NCBI GenBank assembly: GCA_963695245.1 | Contig: OY968770.1 | Location: 1,766,238 to 1,830,237 of the forward strand | Reading direction: 5' to 3' | Origin: an uncultured Gammaproteobacteria bacterium | GTDB lineage: Bacteria; Pseudomonadota; Gammaproteobacteria; JBGSLN01 | DNA length: 64,000 nucleotides | Part shown: in pieces, positions 29,934 through 39,916 of the stretch | How positions within the stretch are numbered: the first letter of the stretch is position 1 | Layout of the letters: every line of letters starts with the position of its first letter | Notes under the pieces: generated by a model | What the model was told of the DNA's origin: nothing | What the model saw: the letters and a program-made list of their open reading frames with translations, nothing else | Database searches by the model: none | Made by a program: the position numbers and the translations under genes

Positions 29934-31272
29934 TGAGGGATCGTCACTTTTTTATTCATAGCTAAGCTCCCATGCTTCCGCAGGAATAGCGCTTAAATTT
30001 ATTGGGAATTTTATTTTTTTTCTAAGTACCTGACACCCTAAAAAAAAGAAAGAGAGTACCCGTCTATGCTTATAGGTATTAGCCTGGAATTTTAAATGCA
30101 AGCCTAATTGTTCAGCTCTATATCCTACAACCCAAGCAATCAAACTAGCTAAGGCACTTAGCATCAACCAAACAATGTAACGTTTAACCTTTATCGTTCG
30201 GTTCTCTCTCAAACTAAAACCATACTTCTCACTTTTCGTATCTCGAAAGCTTTCTTCAATGGTCATTCTAATTTTGTAAATCTTAACAATTTTTTTTGCA
30301 GCGACTTTTGAACGCTTCAAAGATGAAACCAAAATCCATGGCTCTTTGTATCCTCGCGCTCGTTTTAATGAATCTTTATCTTTGGCAGTTTTTCCATCTC
30401 TTTGATATTTATGTCGACCTTTTAATTCATGTTTATAAAGATAACAGTGTGTTTTATAGCCCTTTGCTTTTGTCAGGCTTATTTCACCCAAAGGTTTAGG
30501 GGATGAGGTTGCTCTTGGATACAAGGCTTTAAGCTTATTATAGCCTTCTCCTTCATCGTAGCATATTTCCCCACGGGTTCGTCCAATGTAATCCCAACCT
30601 AGTGCTTCAACGGACTTAAACCAAGGAACTTTAAATCCTGCATCTGTTACAATCACTGGTTTACATCCTTTGGGTAACATTTTAGCTAACTGCGCCAGAA
30701 ACGTTTTATGAACTTTTGGGCAACCCTCTTTTTTCTTTGAATGAACTTCTTCGTACAATGTAATACTTCGTCCTGTGGCTGCCAACGCGGCTCTTAAACA
30801 ACATTGCTCTCCTTCTTCTGACATATGTAAACTATTGGGTAAACTACTCCAATCCACAAGAATGACAGGGCATGTTTTTGTACCTATCGCAAAGCGGGTA
30901 ATTTGTTCATAAATAAGTCCACTTTTTTCCTGGTAATATTTATTTGCTAAAAGTCTATCTACTCTTCGAATACCAGCCCGCTCTTCAACACCCGTATCAA
31001 GAGCCCGACCCAACTGCGTCAAATTTAACTGCTTGGAATTGACGATTGCTTCGATGATGGGGTTCAAAGATTTAATGCGTGATTTATGGATTGCTGAATC
31101 GAGTATTTTATGTAAAGATGGTTTGACGTGCATAGTGTTTCCATTTAATTGTTCTTTGAAAAAACTAATTAGATCACGTTACGCTATGCATGTCACTAGT
31201 TTTTTTATTGTTTTTATTTCTAACCCCTTATTTTTTAATAAAAATTTTTTCGAAAAACTGACGATACCTCAG
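29934..31272 (-). mobile_element. IS4-family insertion sequence (~1.34 kb) with imperfect terminal inverted repeats, inserted into a MITE copy
   Basis: Ends GGCTGAGGGATCGTCACTTTTT and (reverse complement) GGCTGAGGTATCGTCAGTTTTT. Flanking repeat ccaacag consistent with a 7-8 bp target duplication. Single transposase ORF. Confidence 0.75.
29952..31133 (-). CDS. IS4-family DDE transposase
   Basis: 393 aa. Y-(2)-R-(3)-E-(6)-K signature (YKIRMTIEESFRDTK) and DDE residues (VILVDW, VIVTDAGF). Confidence 0.8.
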   Translation of the reverse strand: MHVKPSLHKILDSAIHKSRIKSLNPIIEAIVNSKQLNLTQLGRALDTGVEERAGIRRVDRLLANKYYQEKSGLIYEQITRFAIGTKTCPVILVDWSSLPNSLHMSEEGEQCCLRAALAATGRSITLYEEVHSKKKEGCPKVHKTFLAQLAKMLPKGCKPVIVTDAGFKVPWFKSVEALGWDYIGRTRGEICYDEGEGYNKLKALYPRATSSPKPLGEISLTKAKGYKTHCYLYKHELKGRHKYQRDGKTAKDKDSLKRARGYKEPWILVSSLKRSKVAAKKIVKIYKIRMTIEESFRDTKSEKYGFSLRENRTIKVKRYIVWLMLSALASLIAWVVGYRAEQLGLHLKFQANTYKHRRVLSFFFLGCQVLRKKIKFPINLSAIPAEAWELSYE

Positions 31273-31390
31273 CCCAACAGGCCGTGGCAACTCAATAAAG
31301 CCGTAATTAAATGAATCCCTGTTGGGCTTCCTTTGTCAGCCCAACCTACATTGATTGTCATAATGAATTTTTAATATACATGTCTTATAT
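31273..31390. repeat. Right half (spacer, right core, right TIR) of the IS-interrupted MITE
   Basis: gccgtggcaactcaataaagccgtaattaaatgaatccctgttgggcttcctttgtcagcccaacctacattgatt, then tttttaatatacatgtctta (TIR). Confidence 0.7.
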
Positions 31391-31448
31391 ATACTTTATT
31401 GGATAAATCAGATTGTGCTTTTAGTTATTTTCTACCAAGAATAAATTG

Positions 31449-31525
31449 TGGCGCGCCCGGAGAGATTCGAACTCCCGACCAACTGGTTCGAAGCCAGTTA
31501 CTCTATCCAGCTGAGCTACGGGCGC
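31449..31525 (-). tRNA. tRNA-Arg (anticodon UCG)
   Basis: Cloverleaf derived by hand: acceptor GCGCCCG/CGGGCGC, anticodon stem ACTGG/CCAGT, loop CTTCGAA, T-loop TTCGAAT and an encoded CCA. Confidence 0.8.
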
Positions 31526-31668
31526 ATTTTTTTTAAACGTTGTCATTTTAATCGTTATCTATTGAACTGTCCAGCTTAAAAAGAATACTCACTCAGTTAG
31601 TTTAGGTTAATTTTTGGCTCATATGACTGTAGTTTTGTTTTTAAATCTTTCAGCTTGAATTACTTTAA

Positions 31669-33213
31669 GTGTATGATACGCTTCAGTATTATTTTGTAAT
31701 TTGTATTTCTATGTTATCAGATAACGCTCATTCAGAAGCTTCCCCTTTACTACAATCTTTAAACCTCAGTTCAATAGCAGCACTGATGCGTTACCTTTCA
31801 AAGGCCCAAAAAGGTTATAAAGTAAGTAAAGCATTGGGCATAACCGCCGGTGTTGCTACAGCACCAGCGATTATCTATTATGGTGCAGCAGGTTTAAAGG
31901 CGTTTGTTGAAAAAGCCGGTGGTTCCCAACACACTGCAGTGATTGTTGGCAACAGTGCTGGTTATGTTGTGGGTATATTTGGTGGTGCTGTCAATTTCTT
32001 TTTTGCCGCTAAAGGTAATGAAGCAACCTTTAATAGCTTGTTTTTAACTATTTTCAAAAAAAGAAAACTTGACTGTTTTAAAAATACTCTTGTTCTCGAT
32101 ATCACTAAAGGCACATTTCATTGGCTAACTTTTGGCGTCATCTCTGCCAGTGGTCCTGCCTATTATGCTGCGCAAGCCTGTAAAGCCTGGGGTGCACCTC
32201 AGGGGGTTGCCATTGGATTTATGATGATTCCCTGGTTTTTTGCATCCATTGCAAATAATGATTATATGGGAGAGTTTTTTGCTGAACTCAACACCATACC
32301 GCCTATCCGCTTTCTTTTAAATCAACTTACCCGTTGCTGTTATTCGAGCTCAGAAAATTACAGATTGATAACCGAATCCCAAAAGAAATTACAGGAATTA
32401 TACTTTAAAATTCAATTCCAAGCTTCTAATGAAGATATTAAAAACATATATTCGTTATTATTTTCTGATTCAAGTAGTGAGAATATAGCATCTTTTTTTC
32501 AGTGTATTGATAGGGTAAGTTATCCTCTTAGCAAAATTATATTATTGCGGTTGCTACAGCTATTCTTAGTTTTGCCTACAGTTTTTTTTGGAAATATTTC
32601 TTATTACATGGCTGGTTTAAAAGCCGCTTCTTTTTTTAATTTGCCGAGTTTTTTGGGGTTACCTTATGCTATTTTACTGGCAAGTTTTAATGGTGGTGTG
32701 CAATTTATCAGTCTCACTAATGGTCTTTTAAAAAACTTATTGACGCCACACAGAGATCAAAATTTTATAAAAAATACTGTATTTGCCTGCCTCATTAACT
32801 TTCTACCGTCCTTGGCCGTATTTTTACAAAACATTGTGGTGGATGAGGGCAGTAGTAAGACACTTTTTTATCTTGCTGCTGTATTCGGATTTTTGCAAAC
32901 TTTTATTGCTGCGATTTATCCTATTAATGAACAATTAAGCAAAAAATCAAAAAAAGAGGAAGAAACCGAGCCTGCAATACAACGTAAAGCCATTCTTGGC
33001 TTTTTAAAAAATTTATATAACCTGTTTCCTAAACTGAATCAGCCATCTTTGGAATATTTTAGTGAAGCACTGGGGGTTAAAACAGAGACTTCCTATCAAA
33101 ATTCGGCAGCGTTTACTTTCTTTGGCACCACTGTAAGAGGCAACAATTTAATTAACAGTGATGCACCTTCAAAGCGAGCAAGCGACAATCGACGCGGATG
33201 CGGTATTATGTAG
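31669..33213 (+). CDS. Hypothetical multi-pass membrane protein (514 aa)
   Basis: Multiple hydrophobic glycine-rich helices. No catalytic motif. The start could be an internal Met. Confidence 0.5.
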   Translation: MYDTLQYYFVICISMLSDNAHSEASPLLQSLNLSSIAALMRYLSKAQKGYKVSKALGITAGVATAPAIIYYGAAGLKAFVEKAGGSQHTAVIVGNSAGYVVGIFGGAVNFFFAAKGNEATFNSLFLTIFKKRKLDCFKNTLVLDITKGTFHWLTFGVISASGPAYYAAQACKAWGAPQGVAIGFMMIPWFFASIANNDYMGEFFAELNTIPPIRFLLNQLTRCCYSSSENYRLITESQKKLQELYFKIQFQASNEDIKNIYSLLFSDSSSENIASFFQCIDRVSYPLSKIILLRLLQLFLVLPTVFFGNISYYMAGLKAASFFNLPSFLGLPYAILLASFNGGVQFISLTNGLLKNLLTPHRDQNFIKNTVFACLINFLPSLAVFLQNIVVDEGSSKTLFYLAAVFGFLQTFIAAIYPINEQLSKKSKKEEETEPAIQRKAILGFLKNLYNLFPKLNQPSLEYFSEALGVKTETSYQNSAAFTFFGTTVRGNNLINSDAPSKRASDNRRGCGIM

Positions 33214-33215
33214 TT

Positions 33216-34151
33216 TTAATGATCTTTAAAAGCTTCTTCAAAATTATTTTCTTCAATTTGCTTAATGTGATGAATATGCGCTCTGACAATATCTTCGGCT
33301 CCAAGCATTGCGGAAATATGGGGGGTGACCTCAATTTCAGGCGTTGTCCAAAATGGGTGATGAGAAGGTAAAGGTTCTTCATCAAAAGCATCTAAAAAAG
33401 CGCCAGCAATATGCTTTGTTTCAATTAGCTGTAATAAATCTTCAGGTACTAAGTGCTTACCTCTAGCGACATTAATAATATAAGCACCTTTAGGAAGTTT
33501 TAGCAGGTTTTTTTTATTTAAGATATATCGGGTGGCAGGGGTCAGTGGCAAAAGGCATATTAAAATATTGGTTGTTGCTAAGAATTGATCGAGTTCCGTA
33601 AAAAAACGCAGGTTTTTTTGGGTACTTTGATATTTATGTCGAGCAAATATATTCATCCCAAAATTAAACTGGCTTAAAGTTTGAGCAACATATTTCCCCA
33701 GATAGCCGTATCCCATAATTCCTACTTTATTATCCGGATGATACACATAGTGTTGTCGTTGCCAGCTCGCAGCTTTATTGTCTTTGTTTAAATGATGGAA
33801 ACCTCTTAAATAATGTAATACCGCGTAGGTAACATACTCTGCCATATCTTTTTTTTGTGACTCATCGTGGACTCGAAAAACAGGGGTTTCATTTGAAAAA
33901 GAAGGATCTTCGGTAATGTGATCAATACCTGCGGCAGTGGCTAAAATTGCTTTTAAATTCGGAAACTTTTTTAATTGATGGTGAGGCTGCTTCCACAGCA
34001 TGACTAAATCCACCGTATGAAAATCAGAGACTTCAGGCCATATTTCAATTTTCAATTTTGGAAAGTGTTGCCAAAGCAGGCTTTGGCATTGTTTGGCAAC
34101 TTTATAATGTGATTCTGAGCCTTCCGGCCCCATCATGATAACTAAATGCAT
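33216..34151 (-). CDS. D-isomer-specific 2-hydroxyacid dehydrogenase (glyoxylate/hydroxypyruvate reductase A-like)
   Basis: NAD-binding GxGxxG (GIMGYGYLG) and the catalytic R/E/H region (NVARGKHL...PHISA). Confidence 0.8.
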   Translation of the reverse strand: MHLVIMMGPEGSESHYKVAKQCQSLLWQHFPKLKIEIWPEVSDFHTVDLVMLWKQPHHQLKKFPNLKAILATAAGIDHITEDPSFSNETPVFRVHDESQKKDMAEYVTYAVLHYLRGFHHLNKDNKAASWQRQHYVYHPDNKVGIMGYGYLGKYVAQTLSQFNFGMNIFARHKYQSTQKNLRFFTELDQFLATTNILICLLPLTPATRYILNKKNLLKLPKGAYIINVARGKHLVPEDLLQLIETKHIAGAFLDAFDEEPLPSHHPFWTTPEIEVTPHISAMLGAEDIVRAHIHHIKQIEENNFEEAFKDH

Positions 34152-34161
34152 GGTAAAAAAT

Positions 34162-35481
34162 TTATTTGGCCCAAACGGTTAAAATATCATTCCAGCAGGT
34201 GGTATAGCAAGGGCTTTTAAATTCGCTTCGCATACGCCAAGGCTGTTCTGTATACATATTTGTCGCCCCCAGATGTAAAGTATTTTTACCAAATTTTTCA
34301 TTAATTTTATCCATGACTTCACAAGCGTTTCTATACTGCTTTTGTTGTACTTTATTAAGCCTATTACTTTGGAATAAAGATCCTTGAATTGGTTGAGCTT
34401 TATCACAAAGCTTTCCCAGCAAAATACCGGTTTTTTGGTAAACCCGACCGGGTTCAAACAGTTTTTCAAGGGCTTTTTTGCCATAATGGATAATCAGACC
34501 AGTATCACTAGTAGGCGCAGGTAGTAAAACAGTTAAGTTGCGATGGTAGTAAGATTCATTTGGGTTATAAGGATTTGTTTTTAAAAATACAGTGATTTCT
34601 GCCGTTAAGGTATGTTGCTGTCTTAATTTTTCGCAGGCACGGGCAGCATAGTTTGCCAGAGCTTCTGAAAGCTGTTTAAGCTGTGTGATGCCATGACCAA
34701 AAGAGCGAGAAGACATAATATTTTTTTTGCGCTCAACCGCGGTTCCTAAAGCGATACAGGCATTACCTTGAAGCTCTCTTACCGTGTCTGCCAAGATGCA
34801 GTTATAACGGTTTCTAATCACATGATGAGACATTTGGGCTAAATCAAAGGCAGTTTTAAATCCTTCTAATTGAAGCTTTTTGCCCCATTGGTTGCCAATC
34901 CCCCACACCTGAGTAATTGGTGTTGTTCTAAGCGCTACAGCTGTTTTTAGGCAATGCTCTAAAATGCACACAGGTTGTTGTAAGATTTTTTTTGCTTGAA
35001 AAGTGGCAATTTTTGCCAGTGTTTTTGTAGCACCTACACCAATGGATACTGGAATACCCGTGCTTTGATAAATAGTTTGACGTAAACTTTGCAGATAGTC
35101 TTTAAAATCAAAGTGAGAAGAGGGTTGTAATTTTACAAAGACTTCATCAATAGAATATTCTTCCACTTGGGCTTCAAACTGCCTGATAATGTTAACCATT
35201 CTACGAGACATATCGCCATAGAGTGCATAGTTTGATGAGCAGATACAAATATTATTTTTCAAATGTTGTATTTTAAAATAAGGAGTACCCATGGCGATGT
35301 TATAAGGCGGTGCTTTAAGTTCATCAGAGCGGGCAATGACGCAGCCATCATTATTGCTGAGCACAGCAACCGGCTTTTTTTCTAAAGTTGCGTTAAAAGA
35401 TCGCTCACAAGATACGTAAAAATTGTTACAGTCGATCAAGGCGAACAATGATTTTACTCCTTCAAACCATACGTCGAACAA
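34162..35481 (-). CDS. umuC: Error-prone translesion DNA polymerase V subunit UmuC (Y-family)
   Basis: N-terminus FALIDCNNFYVSCE and Y-family polymerase core. Overlaps umuD. Confidence 0.85.
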   Translation of the reverse strand: MFDVWFEGVKSLFALIDCNNFYVSCERSFNATLEKKPVAVLSNNDGCVIARSDELKAPPYNIAMGTPYFKIQHLKNNICICSSNYALYGDMSRRMVNIIRQFEAQVEEYSIDEVFVKLQPSSHFDFKDYLQSLRQTIYQSTGIPVSIGVGATKTLAKIATFQAKKILQQPVCILEHCLKTAVALRTTPITQVWGIGNQWGKKLQLEGFKTAFDLAQMSHHVIRNRYNCILADTVRELQGNACIALGTAVERKKNIMSSRSFGHGITQLKQLSEALANYAARACEKLRQQHTLTAEITVFLKTNPYNPNESYYHRNLTVLLPAPTSDTGLIIHYGKKALEKLFEPGRVYQKTGILLGKLCDKAQPIQGSLFQSNRLNKVQQKQYRNACEVMDKINEKFGKNTLHLGATNMYTEQPWRMRSEFKSPCYTTCWNDILTVWAK

Positions 35482-35848
35482 GACCTGTCACCACACCCCA
35501 AACCCTATCACCTTGATCTTCATTCAGTGTCTGTACAGGAAAAGTAGGGTGATGCGCTTTCAAATATAATGTTTCTTGTTGAATCAGCAATGTTTTAATT
35601 AAAAACTGATTGTCTTTTAAAGCTACCACAATATCCTCATGTTTTGCGATTCGGGCGCGATCAACCACTGCAATGTCACCTTCAAAAATCCCTACTGCCT
35701 CCATAGAGCAGCCTTTTACGCCAACAAAGAAAGTGGCCGGAGGGTTTTGGATTAAATATTCATCCAGACTTAAAGCTGTTTCTAAATGATCTGCTGCAGG
35801 CGAAGGAAAGCCAGCCTGTAATTTCTCTGTCATCAATGGAATAAGCAT
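35462..35848 (-). CDS. umuD: UmuD (LexA-like S24 peptidase) accessory subunit
   Basis: S24 Ser/Lys dyad region (GCSMEAVGIFEGDIAVVD...). 128 aa. Upstream of and overlapping umuC. Confidence 0.8.
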   Translation of the reverse strand: MLIPLMTEKLQAGFPSPAADHLETALSLDEYLIQNPPATFFVGVKGCSMEAVGIFEGDIAVVDRARIAKHEDIVVALKDNQFLIKTLLIQQETLYLKAHHPTFPVQTLNEDQGDRVWGVVTGLVRRMV

Positions 35849-36009
35849 AATACTTCTCGTACAACTTGAATTGCGTTAGGTATCACGCAACGGTTTGAAA
35901 TATTATAGAGAACAAAAAGAGAACTTGCAAGTGTTCTTGTTTCGTTTAAAAGTATTGAATGGTAGTGGCGTAATTTTTAATACGGAGATGCTTACGAAAA
36001 ACTCCATTT

Positions 36010-36128
36010 TTGAAAATCAATGTAGGTTGGGCTGACAAAGGAAGCCCAACAGAGTATTCATTTAATTACGCCCTTAATTTAGTTGCCACAACCTGTTGGG
36101 CTTCCTTTGTCAGCCCAACATTTATTTT
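36010..36128. repeat. MITE-like palindromic element, with its right arm shortened by a small deletion
   Basis: caatgtaggttgggctgacaaaggaagcccaacag...ctgttgggcttcctttgtcagcccaacatttatttt. Confidence 0.75.
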
Positions 36129-36132
36129 GACT

Positions 36133-36405
36133 TTAAGCTTTTTCGGCTTCTTTCTCTTTTTCTGGCAGCGTGACATTCAGCTCAAGCACAGAGCAATCAC
36201 CGGCATTTTGCAGATTAACCTGAACCTGCTCTTTATCAATTTTTACGTATTTAGCAATCACATCTACAATGTCCTGCTGTAACTGTGCCAGATAACCAGG
36301 ACTGTTCTCTTCATTTCGAGAGTGCGCCACAATAATCTGCAGTCGCTCTTTGGCTAAAGAAGCGCTTGTTTTCTCTTTATTCCGAAAGATATTAAATAAA
36401 CTCAT
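36133..36405 (-). CDS. minE: Cell division topological specificity factor MinE
   Basis: 90 aa. Position after minD. N-terminal MSLFNIFR...KERLQIIVA is typical of MinE. Confidence 0.85.
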   Translation of the reverse strand: MSLFNIFRNKEKTSASLAKERLQIIVAHSRNEENSPGYLAQLQQDIVDVIAKYVKIDKEQVQVNLQNAGDCSVLELNVTLPEKEKEAEKA

Positions 36406-37235
36406 GCCACAGACTCTCCTTTTCGAAAGATGCGTTTGATAAACCCTTTTTTCTCAGCTTTAATAAACCGATGAGGAATCTCTTTACCTAAGAAACGTTC
36501 AACAGCATCATCATAAGCACAGCCAGCACTGCTTTCATCATCCATAATTACAGGATTACCGCTGTTGGAGGCCCGTAAAACGGCTTTGGATTCAGGAATC
36601 ACCCCAAGCATCGGAATGGCTAAAATTTCAACAACATCATCAATACTTAGCATGTCACCCCGTTGCACTCTTTCAGGGCAATAGCGAGTGATGAGAAGAT
36701 GTTCTTTAATTGACTCGCGATTTTCTTCAGAGCGTTTGGATTTGCTGGATAGAATACCTAAAATTCTGTCAGAGTCACGTACTGATGAAACCTCAGGATT
36801 AGTAACAATAATAGCCTGGTCAGCAAAATACATGGCCATTAAAGCACCATGTTCAATACCTGCGGGGGAATCACAGACAATGTAATCGTATTCTTTAGAA
36901 AGTTCCATTAATACTTTTTCTACACCTTCTTGGGTTAGGGCATTTTTATCACGGGTTTGAGACGCGGGTAAAATGGATAAGTTTTCACAACGTTTATCTT
37001 TAACCAGTGCCTGCTTTAAAGTGGCTTCTCCATTGATGACGTTGACAAAGTCATAAACCACTCGACGTTCACAACCCATGATAAGATCAAGGTTTCGAAG
37101 ACCGATATCAAAGTCAATAATAACGGTTTTATAGCCTTTTTTTGCAAGACCCATTGCAAAGGAAGAGCTTGAAGTAGTTTTACCAACGCCTCCCTTACCA
37201 GATGTAAAAACAATAATTTCTGCCACGGTTTTCAT
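36402..37235 (-). CDS. minD: Septum site-determining ATPase MinD
   Basis: Deviant Walker A GKGGVGKTT. 277 aa. Confidence 0.9.
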   Translation of the reverse strand: MKTVAEIIVFTSGKGGVGKTTSSSSFAMGLAKKGYKTVIIDFDIGLRNLDLIMGCERRVVYDFVNVINGEATLKQALVKDKRCENLSILPASQTRDKNALTQEGVEKVLMELSKEYDYIVCDSPAGIEHGALMAMYFADQAIIVTNPEVSSVRDSDRILGILSSKSKRSEENRESIKEHLLITRYCPERVQRGDMLSIDDVVEILAIPMLGVIPESKAVLRASNSGNPVIMDDESSAGCAYDDAVERFLGKEIPHRFIKAEKKGFIKRIFRKGESVA

Positions 37236-37345
37236 CCCTCTAAAAGTTAGTATTTATTTGTGCAAATGATACTTTGTTTGTACAAAGAATACAATATGTT
37301 TACTCGCACAGACAATAAAAAGCAATATATAGGGTCTGTTGATAA

Positions 37346-38104
37346 TCAACTGAAGTTACCAAATTTTAAGTGCTCATCTTCTAAAAAGATATGTAAATCT
37401 TCTTCATTTTTATACTGCTCAAGTTGCTCGTTCACCAGATAACGTCCGGCAATCGAGATAAGCTCCGCATCCATGGATTTACAGAAAATTTTTGCTTCAG
37501 TATTGCCCATAATGCCAGCCAGGGCACGTCCCCGTAAAGGGCCGTAGATGTGGATATGACCATCTGCCAAAACTTCTGCGCCATGGCTGACAGAAGATAA
37601 AATAATTAAATCAGTATTTTTAGCATAAATTTGTTGGCCGGACCGAACTGGCTGAGTAATGACTTTTGATGAGCTAAAAGAGACATTTTCGATGGTTGGC
37701 TCTGAATCCTGAGTTTTATTCAGTGTTTGCTTTGAGTCAGTAGATTTAGATTCATTGTGTGAAGATGGAATAGGTTGCGTGCCGGAATTATTCAAAACAG
37801 CCAGCCCAAGCGCGCGAGCCTGTTGTTCCATCATTTGACTTCCACCGCGAATGCCAAAGGGGACCAGTTGGGCCGCTCGCATGACTTCAATAAAATGTCG
37901 TAATTCGAATTGGGGATTTTGTGTTTGAAAATCATTCAAATCCATGACAATGGGCGCATAGTCAAAAAATTTCGGTGCCTGCGATAACGTCTCAAGCAAC
38001 TGTTGTTGAAATGCTGCAAGGTCATCTTGTTTCAGTTGCATAACTGTCAAAGTGAATAAACCACCTTTAAGCTGAAAGGCCTGATTTGAAATGGATTGTG
38101 TCAT
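37346..38104 (-). CDS. minC: Septum formation inhibitor MinC
   Basis: C-terminal MinC beta-helix region ([16 protein letters not shown]). Located upstream of minDE. Confidence 0.8.
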   Translation of the reverse strand: MTQSISNQAFQLKGGLFTLTVMQLKQDDLAAFQQQLLETLSQAPKFFDYAPIVMDLNDFQTQNPQFELRHFIEVMRAAQLVPFGIRGGSQMMEQQARALGLAVLNNSGTQPIPSSHNESKSTDSKQTLNKTQDSEPTIENVSFSSSKVITQPVRSGQQIYAKNTDLIILSSVSHGAEVLADGHIHIYGPLRGRALAGIMGNTEAKIFCKSMDAELISIAGRYLVNEQLEQYKNEEDLHIFLEDEHLKFGNFS

Positions 38105-38255
38105 TGGAATTAGAATCTTATCTTATATCTGTAATTCCAGCACGATATTAAGCTTAAACGCACTTGTCAAGTTTCTTTTTAGATTCCTTCAATCAAATCT
38201 TGCAATTTTCATAAAAAATTCATAATCTTAACAATAAAATTATTACGGAAAGCCC

Positions 38256-39914
38256 ATGAAAAAACCCTGGTTCAAACATTACGAAAAAGGCATCGCCCAC
38301 GAAATCGACATGAGTCAATATAACTGCCTCATTGACATCTTAGAGGAAAATTGTGAAAAAGCGGGTGACAAACCAGCTTTTGCTAATATGGGAACTCAGA
38401 TGACCTTTAAAGACGTCTCTGAGCAAAGCCGAGCCTTTGCTGCCTATCTTGTGAATCATTTAGGCATTAAAAAAGGGGACAGAGTGGCCATTATGATGCC
38501 AAATCTTCTTCAGTACCCTGTGGCACTTTTTGGGGTGTTAAGGGCAGGTTGTGCTGTGGTAAACGTGAATCCACTATATACTAAAAGTGAGCTTGTGCAC
38601 CTGATGAATGATTCTGGTGCCAAGGCCATTGTAGTATTAGCTAACTTTGCGCACACTTTAGAAAAAGCCTTACCAGAAATTAATTCACCGCATATTATTA
38701 TGACGCAACTGGGAGATATGTTTCCCATGATTAAAAAAGTTGTGGTCAATTTTGTGGTGAAATATGTGAAAAAAATGGTGCCAAAATATCAGTTGCCAAA
38801 TACCCTTGATTTCAAAGAAGTCATTAGCAAAGGGATGACGCTCACGTATGAACGTCCTGGCATTAAACAGGATGATATGGCTTTTTTACAATATACAGGT
38901 GGTACTACCGGTGTGTCTAAAGGTGCGGTTTTAACCCACGGCAATATGCTGGCAAATTTACTGCAATTGCTCGAATGGACGAAGAATGTAGTAAAAGATG
39001 AAGCACAGATTATTATCACACCATTACCACTTTATCATATTTTCTCTTTAACGGCTAACTTATTATTGTTTATGGCTTTGGGGTCACTCAATGTGTTGAT
39101 TACCAATCCTCGTGATATACCAGGATTTATCAAAGAATTACGCAAGTATCGATTTACTGCTATTACCGGGGTAAACACCTTATTTAATGCACTGTTAAAT
39201 CATCCGGATATTACTAAAGTTGATTTTTCAAAAGCTAAAATTTCTATTGCTGGTGGTATGGCAGCTCAAAGAGTAGTGGCTGAAAAATGGCAGGCGGTCA
39301 CAGGATATCCTCTTATTGAAGGATATGGTCTAACAGAAGCATCACCCTTAGTATGTGCCAATCCATTGAATGTAAATGAATATACCGGCAGCATCGGCTT
39401 ACCGGCGCCTTCCACACTTGTTGAAATCAGAAATGAAGATAATGAGCCAGTAGAGCCAGGTATTCCTGGTGAGTTATGTGTCAAAGGTCCACAAATTATG
39501 AAAGGTTACTGGCAAAGTGAAGAAAATACTGAAAAAGCTTTCACGCCAGATGGCTGGCTTAAAACCGGTGATATTGCCACCATGGATAAGGAAGGCTTTT
39601 TTTACATCGTGGATCGTAAAAAAGATATGGTGATCGTTTCTGGGTTTAATGTTTATCCCAATGAAGTTGAAGAGGCTATTATGCAAAATCCTGGTGTATT
39701 GGAAGTAGCCGTAGTGGGTGTGGCTTCCAATGAAACCGGTGAAGCGGTGAAAGCTTTTATTGTAAAAAAAGATCCTGAATTGACTGAGGCGTCTGTAAGA
39801 AAAACTTGTGAAGAAGTTCTAACGCGCTATAAACTACCTAAATATATTGAGTTTCGCGATGAATTGCCAAAAACCAATATTGGTAAAATTTTAAGACGCG
39901 CACTTAGAGAATAA
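38256..39914 (+). CDS. fadD: Long-chain-fatty-acid--CoA ligase
   Basis: AMP-binding motifs YTGGTTGVSKG and GYGLTE. 552 aa. Confidence 0.85.
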   Translation: MKKPWFKHYEKGIAHEIDMSQYNCLIDILEENCEKAGDKPAFANMGTQMTFKDVSEQSRAFAAYLVNHLGIKKGDRVAIMMPNLLQYPVALFGVLRAGCAVVNVNPLYTKSELVHLMNDSGAKAIVVLANFAHTLEKALPEINSPHIIMTQLGDMFPMIKKVVVNFVVKYVKKMVPKYQLPNTLDFKEVISKGMTLTYERPGIKQDDMAFLQYTGGTTGVSKGAVLTHGNMLANLLQLLEWTKNVVKDEAQIIITPLPLYHIFSLTANLLLFMALGSLNVLITNPRDIPGFIKELRKYRFTAITGVNTLFNALLNHPDITKVDFSKAKISIAGGMAAQRVVAEKWQAVTGYPLIEGYGLTEASPLVCANPLNVNEYTGSIGLPAPSTLVEIRNEDNEPVEPGIPGELCVKGPQIMKGYWQSEENTEKAFTPDGWLKTGDIATMDKEGFFYIVDRKKDMVIVSGFNVYPNEVEEAIMQNPGVLEVAVVGVASNETGEAVKAFIVKKDPELTEASVRKTCEEVLTRYKLPKYIEFRDELPKTNIGKILRRALRE

Positions 39915-39916
39915 TT

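Noticed and set aside
35849-35960. A canonical gammaproteobacterial LexA box (CTGT-N8-ACAG) upstream of umuDC
   Set aside because: No such motif is present. Only a GAAC/GTTC-type palindrome was found, reported separately as a low-confidence candidate.
37260-37442. 60 aa ORF between minD and minC
   Set aside because: It is low-complexity Cys/Ser-rich and overlaps the minC 3' end. It is more likely non-coding intergenic sequence.
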